Of a DNA stretch of 64,000 nucleotides, positions 10,061 to 20,000 are shown in pieces. Below the pieces are notes generated by a model. That model did no database searches. It saw nothing but the letters and a program-made list of their open reading frames with translations, and was not told the DNA's origin. Positions within the stretch are counted from its first letter, which is position 1; every line of letters begins with the position of its first letter. A program made the position numbers and the translations under genes. This stretch comes from a virus: the IMG/VR virus record IMGVR_UViG_3300045988_183322; one strand, 5' to 3'.

Positions 10061-11221
10061 TTATACATATGTTAATGGGTCAACCCCGGGAAATGCCCCA
10101 AAAGGTAATTGCTTATAAACCTGTTTGTTATCATACAAAGAATATCCTTCTTCGCCAAATCTTAAACAACATCCTGCTTGAGTCTTATCGCAGGAATCAG
10201 GAGACCAGTAATCAGGGTTAATAGCTGGGTCGCGCTTGTTGGAAGAATCATTAGCTTTTATGCAAACATAGAATGTTTTTACTGTTTGGAAATCAAGATT
10301 TATTCCTCCAATATTATATTTTATTTCATCGTTACTTTCTTCATTAAGACAATAAGTTGCAGGAGAAATCAAAAAACATACATCTCCAACTTTATAATTG
10401 CTAGTTGGGTCATATTCTAATATTTGATTGGGCCATTGAGGGATAAGCACTACGTCTTCCTTAATCCCAGTTACTGCATTGACGCTTTTAAACCAATCCC
10501 CATTCTTATCTCTCTTTGGCAAACCTGAATATTGACATCCTTCCCCACGATAAACAAATCCACAATATCTCGCTCCGAATCTTCTGTTTGGAGTATAGCT
10601 TTGTTCTACGTCAAAAACAGAAGTTAATTCTAATTCTACGAAAAATTTATTCTCATTTAACTTTTGAGAAATAACCCAACTTGAATCCTCAATTACAGCA
10701 TATGGATTAGGAACTCCAAACGGATTACCGCCATCAAAATTAATATCATCAATAAATCTTAAGAAAGTTTTTTTTCTATTAATGCGAGCATTCTTCAAAT
10801 CATTATATGAACGCATCATTGTTGATATGAATCTATGCCAAGACATATATCCATACCCTTCTTCATCAACATTAGGGCTTCTGAACTTATTAACAATATT
10901 AGATACTCTTATTTTTGGTCTTGGGAACTTATTTCCAACACTCATTTCGAACCCGTCTGCTTCGCATGGAATTGGAAAGTATTTTTTACCATTATAAATT
11001 AATTCTTTTGTAAAAGAATAGCCCGTCAGTTTGCCATCCTTCTCTGTTTCAATAACCCCGGGGAAAAAACGATAAGTTGATTCTCCATATGTCATTTCAT
11101 ATAGGGTGATAAGAGAAGAAGGTTCAAAAGACAAAAGCTCTTGAACATTTTCTTCATATCCTCGACTGAAAAATTCTCTCTGTTGTTCAGTCAATTGTGG
11201 AACAGTATTAGGCAGAGACAT
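10061..11221 (-). CDS. minor tail protein L homolog (lambda gpL family) with a Cys cluster
   Basis: Several blocks align with lambda gpL as recalled from memory: RPKIRVSNIVN resembles RPTLTVSNLYG, LRFIDDINFDGGNPF resembles ARFLDAVNFVNGNSY, and YCGFVYRGEGCQYSG resembles CTWTYRGDECGYSG. Cysteines CCLRF sit near the C-terminus. Confidence 0.55.
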   Translation of the reverse strand: MSLPNTVPQLTEQQREFFSRGYEENVQELLSFEPSSLITLYEMTYGESTYRFFPGVIETEKDGKLTGYSFTKELIYNGKKYFPIPCEADGFEMSVGNKFPRPKIRVSNIVNKFRSPNVDEEGYGYMSWHRFISTMMRSYNDLKNARINRKKTFLRFIDDINFDGGNPFGVPNPYAVIEDSSWVISQKLNENKFFVELELTSVFDVEQSYTPNRRFGARYCGFVYRGEGCQYSGLPKRDKNGDWFKSVNAVTGIKEDVVLIPQWPNQILEYDPTSNYKVGDVCFLISPATYCLNEESNDEIKYNIGGINLDFQTVKTFYVCIKANDSSNKRDPAINPDYWSPDSCDKTQAGCCLRFGEEGYSLYDNKQVYKQLPFGAFPGVDPLTYV

Positions 11222-11243
11222 CGGAATTTTTTACACTTGAATC

Positions 11244-11747
11244 TTGATAGAAATAAATTACACTCATAACATGAGCAGTCAAGAGAAAAAAGACGGCCAA
11301 GGGAAAATTTGTTTCCTGAAAGACCAGAGTATAGCTTGGAAAATAAAAAACGAAATTCTTAAATTTTCTAAAGAAAAAAATATACTAGTATATGGAAGAA
11401 CTTTGCGAGCGAAAGAATCTTTCGTTAATCAAATGATTGATTTATCCGTCAAAGGAGAATATGACACTTTGTATATTAAGGATGATAAAAATATCGGATT
11501 TGCAACATTCATTAAACATGCTGATTCTATAGAAATATTTTTTGCTTTTCATACTTCAAGAGATATTTTTTTAGCAAAAAAAACTTTTTTTTGTGCATTA
11601 GATATCATTAAAAAAAAATATGAATGCAATAAATTTTGGTTCTCATTTTGTCCAAGAGACAATTTTGAAAAATACAAACAATTTATAATATCATACATGG
11701 GATTCTCTGAAAATAAAAAAGATAAAAGATTTGAATTGGAAATATGA
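11244..11747 (+). CDS. hypothetical protein
   Basis: A 167 aa ORF with AT-rich codon usage like its neighbours. It overlaps the next gene by 4 nt (ATGA). Confidence 0.3.
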   Translation: MIEINYTHNMSSQEKKDGQGKICFLKDQSIAWKIKNEILKFSKEKNILVYGRTLRAKESFVNQMIDLSVKGEYDTLYIKDDKNIGFATFIKHADSIEIFFAFHTSRDIFLAKKTFFCALDIIKKKYECNKFWFSFCPRDNFEKYKQFIISYMGFSENKKDKRFELEI

Positions 11748-12517
11748 AAAAAGTTGCATTCCTTTTACTTACTGACGCAAACTTTTGTCGAATGGATATT
11801 TGGGAAAGATTTTTTGATAAAAAAGACAAAAGATGGAACTTATATGTTCATGCAAAAGAAGAACCTAATTTCAAATTTCTGAAAGATAGGCAAATAAAAA
11901 AACATGTTGAAACTGGCTGGGCAGAATTTGGTTTAGTCGAAGCAGAAAATGAATTGCTTAAAGAAGCTCTTGGCGATATGGATAATCAAGCATTTGTGCT
12001 TATAAGCGAGTCTCATTGTCCTTTATACGATATATCACGGACTATTGATAGAATATTATCTTTGAATTTGCCAATATTCTCAAATGAATCTCTAAAAGAA
12101 AATTTAGAATTCCGTTGGAAACGTTCTAATTTTGAAAGTGTATCATTCCTACATAAAATTCATTTCGCATTCTCATCTCAATGGTGGATTTTTGATAGAA
12201 ATACCGCCATTTATTTTTCAAGAACAAAAGACAATTTAAAAAAATACTTCAAAAATACCAATTTTGCTGATGAACATTACCATATTTCTCTTTGTAATTA
12301 TGAAGATATTGATTTTTATAAACAAACAACAACATATGTTAATTGGAAAGTTCCAACATCAAAACCTTATTGCAAATATGTGAAAAGAAAAAAACCAAAA
12401 ACATATTTCAAAGTGAAAAAGGCTTTTATAAAAAAATTAAGGAAAGAAGGGTATTTATTTTTCAGAAAAATAGATGAAAGAACAATAATTCCAGTAAAAG
12501 AAATTTTTGAAACTTAA
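11744..12517 (+). CDS. hypothetical protein (possible glycosyltransferase-like fold; weak)
   Basis: A 257 aa ORF translationally coupled to the upstream gene. There is no firm motif. Confidence 0.3.
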   Translation: MKKVAFLLLTDANFCRMDIWERFFDKKDKRWNLYVHAKEEPNFKFLKDRQIKKHVETGWAEFGLVEAENELLKEALGDMDNQAFVLISESHCPLYDISRTIDRILSLNLPIFSNESLKENLEFRWKRSNFESVSFLHKIHFAFSSQWWIFDRNTAIYFSRTKDNLKKYFKNTNFADEHYHISLCNYEDIDFYKQTTTYVNWKVPTSKPYCKYVKRKKPKTYFKVKKAFIKKLRKEGYLFFRKIDERTIIPVKEIFET

Positions 12518-12806
12518 TATTGAAATTTACTATAAAACGGAAATTCACTGCGTCAGTGAATTTACTGTAATTATCTATATGCAAGAGGCATTAGATTATC
12601 TTATCGCAAATTGGGAAATATCAATTCTTCCTACTCTATTGATACTCTGCGGCATAGCGGGTATTATTATTAAGAGGACTTCTACTAAAAAAGATGATGA
12701 AGTCTTGAATGATGTTGAAAAAACAATTCAAGAGGTAGATAAATTGATTACAGAAATAAAAAAATCCCAAAAGTCTATTAAGAAAGATGATTCAACTCCT
12801 GAATAA
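12507..12806 (+). CDS. small membrane protein with a TM segment and a charged coiled-coil tail; holin- or i-spanin-like
   Basis: It has a TM helix (ISILPTLLILCGIAGIIIKR) followed by a KE-rich helical tail. The true start may be the internal Met (MQEALDY...). Confidence 0.3.
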   Translation: MKLNIEIYYKTEIHCVSEFTVIIYMQEALDYLIANWEISILPTLLILCGIAGIIIKRTSTKKDDEVLNDVEKTIQEVDKLITEIKKSQKSIKKDDSTPE

Positions 12807-12892
12807 TCTTATCGAACTTGGCATTGAATATTTAAAACTGAAAAATCAATCTTTTATTTTTGATAAAATAGACTTTTACGAAAAGGAAAAGT

Positions 12893-13132
12893 ATGAAAAG
12901 ATTGGTAGGTTGGAAGAACTTAGGAATTCTGGCGTTAATTCTAACGAGTGCGTGTTCTTACGAAAAAGGATATCAGAACTCAATGGAAGAATTGAACATT
13001 TATCAGCCATCAATCTTAAAGATAAAAAAGGGAACGAAAATACAAACAATTGAAGGAATTTATATTCCTCAAACAAATGAGATTTGGTATTCTGAAAAAG
13101 AATTTAGAAATTTAGAACGCTCTATTTATTAA
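12893..13132 (+). CDS. small lipoprotein (o-spanin-like candidate)
   Basis: It has a signal peptide with an LTSAC lipobox-like motif (MKRLVGWKNLGILALILTSAC). It overlaps another frame (12787..13053), much like overlapped spanin genes. Confidence 0.3.
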   Translation: MKRLVGWKNLGILALILTSACSYEKGYQNSMEELNIYQPSILKIKKGTKIQTIEGIYIPQTNEIWYSEKEFRNLERSIY

Positions 13133-13194
13133 TTGTGTAATTAATAATACATAGCGATTGTTCTTCAATTTTATAAACAATGGCGAGTTCAATT

Positions 13195-13220
13195 CAACCA
13201 CACCTTTTTGGGTGTGGTTG
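13195..13220. terminator. hairpin H1 (CAACCACACC-tttttg-GGTGTGGTTG) between convergent genes
   Basis: A perfect 10 bp stem is followed by tcttattt. It lies between the plus gene ending at 13132 and the minus gene ending at 13250. It is a member of the conserved hairpin family. Confidence 0.5.
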
Positions 13221-13249
13221 TCTTATTTAAAGACATGTTTTCTCATTAG

Positions 13250-14023
13250 CTATTTTTTCATCTTCCTGATTTCCGCAGTCAATTTTTTGCACAAATCACT
13301 AGGAATATCTTCATATTTTTCATAAGAAAAGAAGGTATCATCAAGACCGAAAAGTTCAAGATTGGGCTTAACATACTTCTCTCTAAACTCTAGAAAAGTA
13401 TCAATATCGAGAAGAGTTGAAACTGTTTTTTCTAAAACTTTATTTGACCTTAAATTTTTAGGCCTAACATCTGTAGGTGCGGCATCAACTTCTTTCAAAA
13501 GACTAGGTTTGTCTAATTCTTCTTCACACGCAGAGGAAATACAAAAATATTCTCTTACCGCTCTAGCAAATGCCCGATTAGACGCATTAGCTTCTTTGAA
13601 TTTGAAAGCAATACCAAACATATTCTCTCTATTTGCAGAAGCAATACCCTCGGTAGTGACCTCTCTATACCCATTATACGATGTAGGTTCCCAAGTTATC
13701 CTACAACGCATAACGCAATTATCGTTATCAAGATGTAATGTCTCATAACGAGTAGATTTAAATCCATGCCTTCTGGCTAAATCACGAAGGCCAGCTAAAC
13801 GGATAATTACTCCATCATCTTCTGCGCTTGAAACATTTTCTGGAACCGATTTTTCTTTCCGCACATAATAGTTTTCATTTATGTAAAGAAAAGTTTCATC
13901 AACAAGTTCGCGCCATTTTATTTCAAAAAAATTCGGTTTTCCTTTCTCGTTCAAAAACTCGAATTTCTTATTGTCCTCTATTGCTTCGGCTCCTTTAATC
14001 TCGTTTTTCCGTGGTCTTCCCAT
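13250..14023 (-). CDS. hypothetical protein
   Basis: A 257 aa ORF at the distal end of the replication operon. No motif was recognised. Confidence 0.3.
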   Translation of the reverse strand: MGRPRKNEIKGAEAIEDNKKFEFLNEKGKPNFFEIKWRELVDETFLYINENYYVRKEKSVPENVSSAEDDGVIIRLAGLRDLARRHGFKSTRYETLHLDNDNCVMRCRITWEPTSYNGYREVTTEGIASANRENMFGIAFKFKEANASNRAFARAVREYFCISSACEEELDKPSLLKEVDAAPTDVRPKNLRSNKVLEKTVSTLLDIDTFLEFREKYVKPNLELFGLDDTFFSYEKYEDIPSDLCKKLTAEIRKMKK

Positions 14024-14501
14024 ATTTTTTTCTATCTTCTTGAGCTTTCATAATATTAGATTTCATAATATTAGTCAAACACATTTTCAAGCCTTCTCTC
14101 AATGCGATAGTTTCTCCTTCATCGAAAGAAATATAAAAACTTAAATCTCGACTTTTTGAAATGGTAAAATTAAAATAATGTGATACGCTCCCATCATCAT
14201 TATTCGATGTTTTTGGTGTTAAATTAATTTTAGAACTTCCACCATCGGATTGGTGATACAAATTGACAGGAACTCTCCTTTCAAAAGCGTTTATAAATTT
14301 ACCTAATTCAACAGCATTAAACTTGGCAGAAATTGATTTTGTAGGGTCTTTTGAATCTTGTTTAAAACTCCCATTTTTAGTTTGAGCATTCCACGATGAT
14401 TGTTTAATCATGCTAACAAAAAGGCATTTTTCTTCGGGATTGTAACTAAAATGCGCCGCATGACCAGAATTTTTAGAATTAGGCTTATAGATACTTAACA
14501 T
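13995..14501 (-). CDS. hypothetical protein
   Basis: A 168 aa ORF with no recognised motif. Confidence 0.3.
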   Translation of the reverse strand: MLSIYKPNSKNSGHAAHFSYNPEEKCLFVSMIKQSSWNAQTKNGSFKQDSKDPTKSISAKFNAVELGKFINAFERRVPVNLYHQSDGGSSKINLTPKTSNNDDGSVSHYFNFTISKSRDLSFYISFDEGETIALREGLKMCLTNIMKSNIMKAQEDRKKYGKTTEKRD

Positions 14502-14503
14502 AT

Positions 14504-15601
14504 TTAATTATAAACTAAATTCATAAATTTATCAACTAATTTTGAACATGAAGGAATAATTTTGTAAATATTAGATTTGAAATAATTTAATGTCTCAATA
14601 AACCTAACATGTTCTATCTTAAAAATAGAAGAAAATTCGCTTTCTATACATAATTTCATATATTCAACAATAGAGAGCCAGAATTTTAAAATAATAAAAT
14701 AATTGAAATATTCAATATACATATACTTCATCTCCGCCGCTAATTTAGAGTCAATCTTAGAGAACTCCTTAAAATAAATAGATTTATAATAATCAGAATA
14801 CTCAAATAATCTGTTCTCTAATATAAAATTCATGAAATCATACAATGGATTCCCTATAAAAGAATGTGACCAATCTAAAATATAGTGATTATGATATTTT
14901 CTTTCATTTCCACTAGGGAAAATAATATTGTCAGGATATAATGACGCATTAACTAATTTCCCTAAATCAAATTGAGAAGATTGAACAGTAAGAGATAATC
15001 TTATTCTATCTAATTCAGAAGTAAAATCATCAAAATTTACTATCTTTTTAAATTTTTCTAAAAAATCTTCTCCGAAAATCGGAGACAATTTTCCTACATT
15101 TTGTGCTATACTAGGCTCCGTTCGGCAAAACGCTATGTCTTTAGTATCAATAGAACTAATTTGAGCTAACACTCGAAAAAATCTTTCTATCTCTTGTTCG
15201 TCCGAAAAAACATTATTAATTCCGAACTCTGCAACAGAAGGACCTGATATAAAATTTGTTAGTAAAGCCAATCCTTCACTTGCAAAACAACTAATAGGAA
15301 ACTTATTCATTGCGCTAGGAGCACAATTCAGAGAAGAAATAGAGCGAAGAATATTATATTCAGCGACTAAACATTTAGATTCCCCAAAAGAAATTTTTAG
15401 AAGAAAAGAACCTTTATCTATAGAAGATACTTTATAAACATCATATTCAAAAGTGTTGAGATGTGGTTGTATATCACTAACATTAAATTGAATAATCGAA
15501 TTTTCATTAATCTGTTTAACTATATCAGAAACAACATTTTTTTCTGACTCGCTTATTTCTGCGATAGAAGCGCAAAAAATATCATTATTTTTTATACTCA
15601 T
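14504..15601 (-). CDS. protein kinase-like (APH/choline kinase family) phosphotransferase-fold protein
   Basis: Near the C-terminus, HNHYILDWSHSFIGNPLYDFMNF matches the APH/ChoK catalytic-loop and Mg-binding pattern (...iDwE.a..gdp.yDl). It is translationally coupled (ATGA) to the Clp-like ATPase upstream. Confidence 0.4.
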   Translation of the reverse strand: MSIKNNDIFCASIAEISESEKNVVSDIVKQINENSIIQFNVSDIQPHLNTFEYDVYKVSSIDKGSFLLKISFGESKCLVAEYNILRSISSLNCAPSAMNKFPISCFASEGLALLTNFISGPSVAEFGINNVFSDEQEIERFFRVLAQISSIDTKDIAFCRTEPSIAQNVGKLSPIFGEDFLEKFKKIVNFDDFTSELDRIRLSLTVQSSQFDLGKLVNASLYPDNIIFPSGNERKYHNHYILDWSHSFIGNPLYDFMNFILENRLFEYSDYYKSIYFKEFSKIDSKLAAEMKYMYIEYFNYFIILKFWLSIVEYMKLCIESEFSSIFKIEHVRFIETLNYFKSNIYKIIPSCSKLVDKFMNLVYN

Positions 15602-17025
15602 AAAACTAATCTGGCAACAATAGATTCAATACTTTCTTTCTTCTCATGAGAAAAACCTAAGGATGAACTTTCTTCATCAATAGTTAAATAAAATAGGCAA
15701 AATGAAGAGAATGATTTTTTATTAGCCTGTAAAGAATGAAGCTTCAGATATGCCCCATAAGAATCTAAAATATCTATAGCTTTATCAGGATATTTTCTAT
15801 TCTTAAAAAACTCTTCGCAAATACTAATAATATTTTTAATAGTATTTTTGCCGTATCTAATTTCATGATACTGTTCGAACTTCTCTTTTATACCATTAAG
15901 AATTATTTTGACAGAATCAACAGTAGGCTCATCTATTTCAAGAGTAGAAAATCTCCTTTCTAAAGCAGAATCAGGATATATATATTCATTATATTCTTGA
16001 TAAGTTGTCGCACCTATGCAGATAATCTTACCCCTAGATAAATAAGGTTTAAGAATATTAGACAAATCACAAGAATCTTGAACTGATTTGCCGCCAGCAC
16101 CAACTATCATATGTATTTCATCAATAAATAAAATAATATCATCTCTTAATTCGAAATGATTTAATATTTTAGAAATTCTTTCTTCTGCTTGGCCTCTATA
16201 AGAGGTTCCAGAAATAAGTTGACATATATTCAAAGAATAGATTTCTCTCCCATCTAAAGACCCGTTTTCACCAATTCCATTGACAATATTATAGGCTAGT
16301 CCTTCAACAATTGCTGTCTTACCAACACCTGCTTCACCAATGAGAATGCAATTCGGTTTATTTTTCTTATTTAAAATATGAACAATTTTCGAAATTTCTT
16401 TCTCTCTTCCAATTGCTGGATGATGGGGATAATTTTTTATTTCATCTGTTATATTATGAAAATAAGAAAAAATATTATCATTTTGTGCAAACTCATTTTC
16501 ATCAAACTTTACGCTTTTTTCATCTGATAAATCCAAAGCAGATTCTTTGCTGTCATAAGAAAGAAAAGAATTGATAGCACTTTTTTTACCATAAAAACAG
16601 CACTCTACAGCCTTCAAAAATTCAATTAAATCTTTGCAATCGAAAAACAATGAACAAAAATCTTTGCAAGTAGAAGAGTTTTCCAATAAAAATTTTAATA
16701 AGTGCTCTTTTCGTATATCGTTTCTGAGGTCCTTCCCGCAATTATAAAATATAGAGCTTAAATATCCACTAACATCATCGTTGGAAATAACATCATTATC
16801 TATCGACCCTTCTACAACAGAAATATGTGGGTCTAACTCGTTTATCCGTTTTAAAATAACATCTTGAGAGATATTTCTATTTATCAAATAATCAGAAATG
16901 AAAATTGTTGGTTCATTAAAAATAATGAATAAAAAGCATTTTAAAGAATCAATTCTACATTTCTCCTTTTGAGAAAAAATATACAATTCTTTTACAAGGG
17001 TCGAAAAACAATCGTTATTCTGCAT
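15598..17025 (-). CDS. ClpA/ClpB-like AAA+ ATPase (single D1-type module)
   Basis: AIGREKEISKIVHILNKKNKPNCILIGEAGVGKTAIVEGLAYNI matches the Clp ATPase D1 signature (IGRdeEi.r.iqiL.Rr.KnNPvLiGEpGVGKTAivEGLA). The Walker B motif is LFIDEIHMIVGAG. Confidence 0.7.
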   Translation of the reverse strand: MQNNDCFSTLVKELYIFSQKEKCRIDSLKCFLFIIFNEPTIFISDYLINRNISQDVILKRINELDPHISVVEGSIDNDVISNDDVSGYLSSIFYNCGKDLRNDIRKEHLLKFLLENSSTCKDFCSLFFDCKDLIEFLKAVECCFYGKKSAINSFLSYDSKESALDLSDEKSVKFDENEFAQNDNIFSYFHNITDEIKNYPHHPAIGREKEISKIVHILNKKNKPNCILIGEAGVGKTAIVEGLAYNIVNGIGENGSLDGREIYSLNICQLISGTSYRGQAEERISKILNHFELRDDIILFIDEIHMIVGAGGKSVQDSCDLSNILKPYLSRGKIICIGATTYQEYNEYIYPDSALERRFSTLEIDEPTVDSVKIILNGIKEKFEQYHEIRYGKNTIKNIISICEEFFKNRKYPDKAIDILDSYGAYLKLHSLQANKKSFSSFCLFYLTIDEESSSLGFSHEKKESIESIVARLVL

Positions 17026-20000
17026 CTTTTAAATCAGCAAATCTAGAATAAATCTTTTCTTCTACAATTGAAAGACCTGTAACAAAAACAATATCTTTAC
17101 TCTTTGAGCCAACGACAACAATTATATTTCCATCATGGGGGCGTTTACCGCCATTTGCAATATAATTACTTAGAGTAAGAGAAGGGTTTCTTCCATTTCG
17201 GGAATCCATCATTAAACACATGACTTTGCCTTTATCATCATTTATGGAAAAACGCCAATATTTTTCTCCATTCTTTTTGGATTTCCCCTCTTGAAAATCA
17301 TCAGAAGCCCATCCAACTATCTTAACTGTAGTATATTCTGCTAACTGTTTAATCTCTTGACAGTCTGTCATAGAAGAGCTTTTATCAGCAAAAATGTCTT
17401 TGACGTTTTTAGAATAAGCATAACCTAATACTCTTTTTTCATAATACCAGTCTGCAAAATCTGGCATTTTATTATTCTGTTCATAAATAGCTTTAAACTT
17501 TCTGCATTTATCTTGTAGAGATGAAAATCCACCACGGAATAGAACTCTTCCATTGGAGTCTCTAGTTTCGTTTTTAACGCAATCTGAAATAATCAACAAT
17601 AAATCAGGCTCATCTTGTGAAGATTCATTCAATTTATTTTTATAAATTGCAAAAACAGCGTCTCTTTGGCGCGGAGTTAGAACATTTATTACTTGCAATG
17701 TATAAACCATGTAACAACGTTCATGACCATTCAAGAAACTATCAAATAACCCAGCTTGAGCGAATGAACTTAACACTCCAATAGATAACCCAGCGCGTTT
17801 AGCGGAATTATAGATATCACAAATATCTCTTTGAGTATCATTTCTAAAATTAACTACTTTTTGAAGCGTTTGAGCGGAAACACCTTTAATAGATGCTAAA
17901 CCATACCTTATATTGTCGCCTTCAATAGCAAAATGAAGATGGGAATTAGCTAAATCAGGAGGTAGCAACTTTATACCAAAATAAGGAAGTTCTTGAGAAA
18001 TTTTTTCAATTTCAGCAAACGGGTCTGGTTCAGCATTAGCTTGCTCTAAAAGGGTACAGAAGAACTCTTTAGGAAACCAATATTTCAAATAAACTGTTTT
18101 TGCGGCTGTAGCGGCATAGGAAATGCTATGCGAATTAGAGACTACAACACCATTACAATAAAAATTATGGTCGGGGGAATCTACCTCTAAATCAATGCAA
18201 TCTTCAAACTTGATGTTCGAAAACTCTTCAAGTTCGGCTTCGCCAGATTCGGTCAAAATCATATGTGTTGGGGAGCCATAAGAAAGAGCATCATTCAATA
18301 TCTTGATTATTTCAATCATCTTGAAATTCTCACTATCAAGATACTTATGACGGAAAGACGAACGAATTTTAAATGTCTCAGAGACTTCTGTATAAGAAAA
18401 TGGACCATCTGCAAAACTTTCGTAAACAGATAATTTAAAATCGGCTAATACATTTTGGCTCTTATAAATATTAACCACTTTAACGAAATAGTCTTTCTTT
18501 CCTTTAACATCAAATGCCTTAATGGAGTCGCCAATTTTAACCTTTGAAAGAGGAATTTTTTCGCCAGATTCTAATTCTACCGTATTATTAAGGCCTAAAC
18601 ATCTATTAAAAGAGTAATTTGCAGACTCTTGGCATACATGCCAAAAATACAAAGCGGCTTCTTCTGAAATGCCATTCTTTTTAGCCCCATCAAGAATCTC
18701 TTGTTCAAACTGAGGCATCTTTTCCACCTGCTTCTTACCAACACATTTCCTGAGCGCATCAGCGCGTTCGAGAGTAAACCCAAAAATCTTGTGAGCAATA
18801 TTCATTAACGTCTCTTGGAATAAAAGAATGCCTTTTGTCTGGCCCAAAAGCGAATCCATATGTTCATCACCAGACGGGCGCATTTCGCCAGTATTCTTAG
18901 CTTTCACATAATCATTCACATAAGCCAAAGCGCCCGGACGTGCAAGAGCCACCACGTCAGAAAGTTCATCTAGATTATCAGGAGCTACCACTTGAGCGAC
19001 ACGATAATTTGTATCAGATTCAATCTGAAAAAGGCCTTTAGGCATTAAGTATTCATTGATATATTTATAGATTTCTGGATTTCTATAATCAATGTCCTTA
19101 TGATTAATGCCAAGCATATCGCAAGTTTCTTTAATTTGAGTAAGAGTCCTTAAACCTAATAAATCAAACTTGGTCATAATTTCGGCCACTTCTCCCATTT
19201 CAAACCCGGAGATTAAATCTCCTTCTTTTGTAGTTTGAAGAGGCATAGTTTCACTCAAAGGAAAAGCGCAAATAGCAATTCCCGATGGATGAACACCAGT
19301 ATTCTTATTCAAATTCTCTAATTTTAAAGAAATAAGATAAATCTTTTCATTAGAATTACAAAATTCTTTAAATTCTTTCGAAGTTTCATAAGCTTCTGAA
19401 AGTGGACGAACAACACCATATTTCTTAGGAATCAAATCAGAAATTGCCTTAGTGTCTTCTTCATGATAACCACCAGCTAATTTCATCGTTTCCTTAATAC
19501 AAAGTTTACCTGATAATGTGCTAACTGTCAAAATTTTGCAAGCATTTCCATTAAAACGTTGGAAAACGAAATCTACAACTTTTGACCTATCTGAATAAGA
19601 AATATCCAAATCACAATCAGCAAGTAATCCGCCATCCAAATAAACTTTACCATCTTTGCCAATTTTCTTTTGAGCACGAGCCATTGAAACAAATCTTTCA
19701 AAAATGAGATTATGTTCAAGAGGGTCAATGCCAGTAACACCAGTGAGGTAGAAAACTAAGCATCCTGCCGCTGAGCCTCGCCCATCACCAACTGGAATAC
19801 CAGAGGAATTGCAAAATCTTACAATTTCTCGGTTAAGAAGCATATAATCTATAAATCCACAAGCTTCAAGAACTTCTAATTCATAATCCAATCTTTTTTT
19901 GTAATCTTCAAAATTGGGAAGATTATCAATTCCTAATCTTTTAAATCCATTCTCGCAAAGAGCTTTTAAAAAATCATATGAAGAACAATTTCCATCTAAA

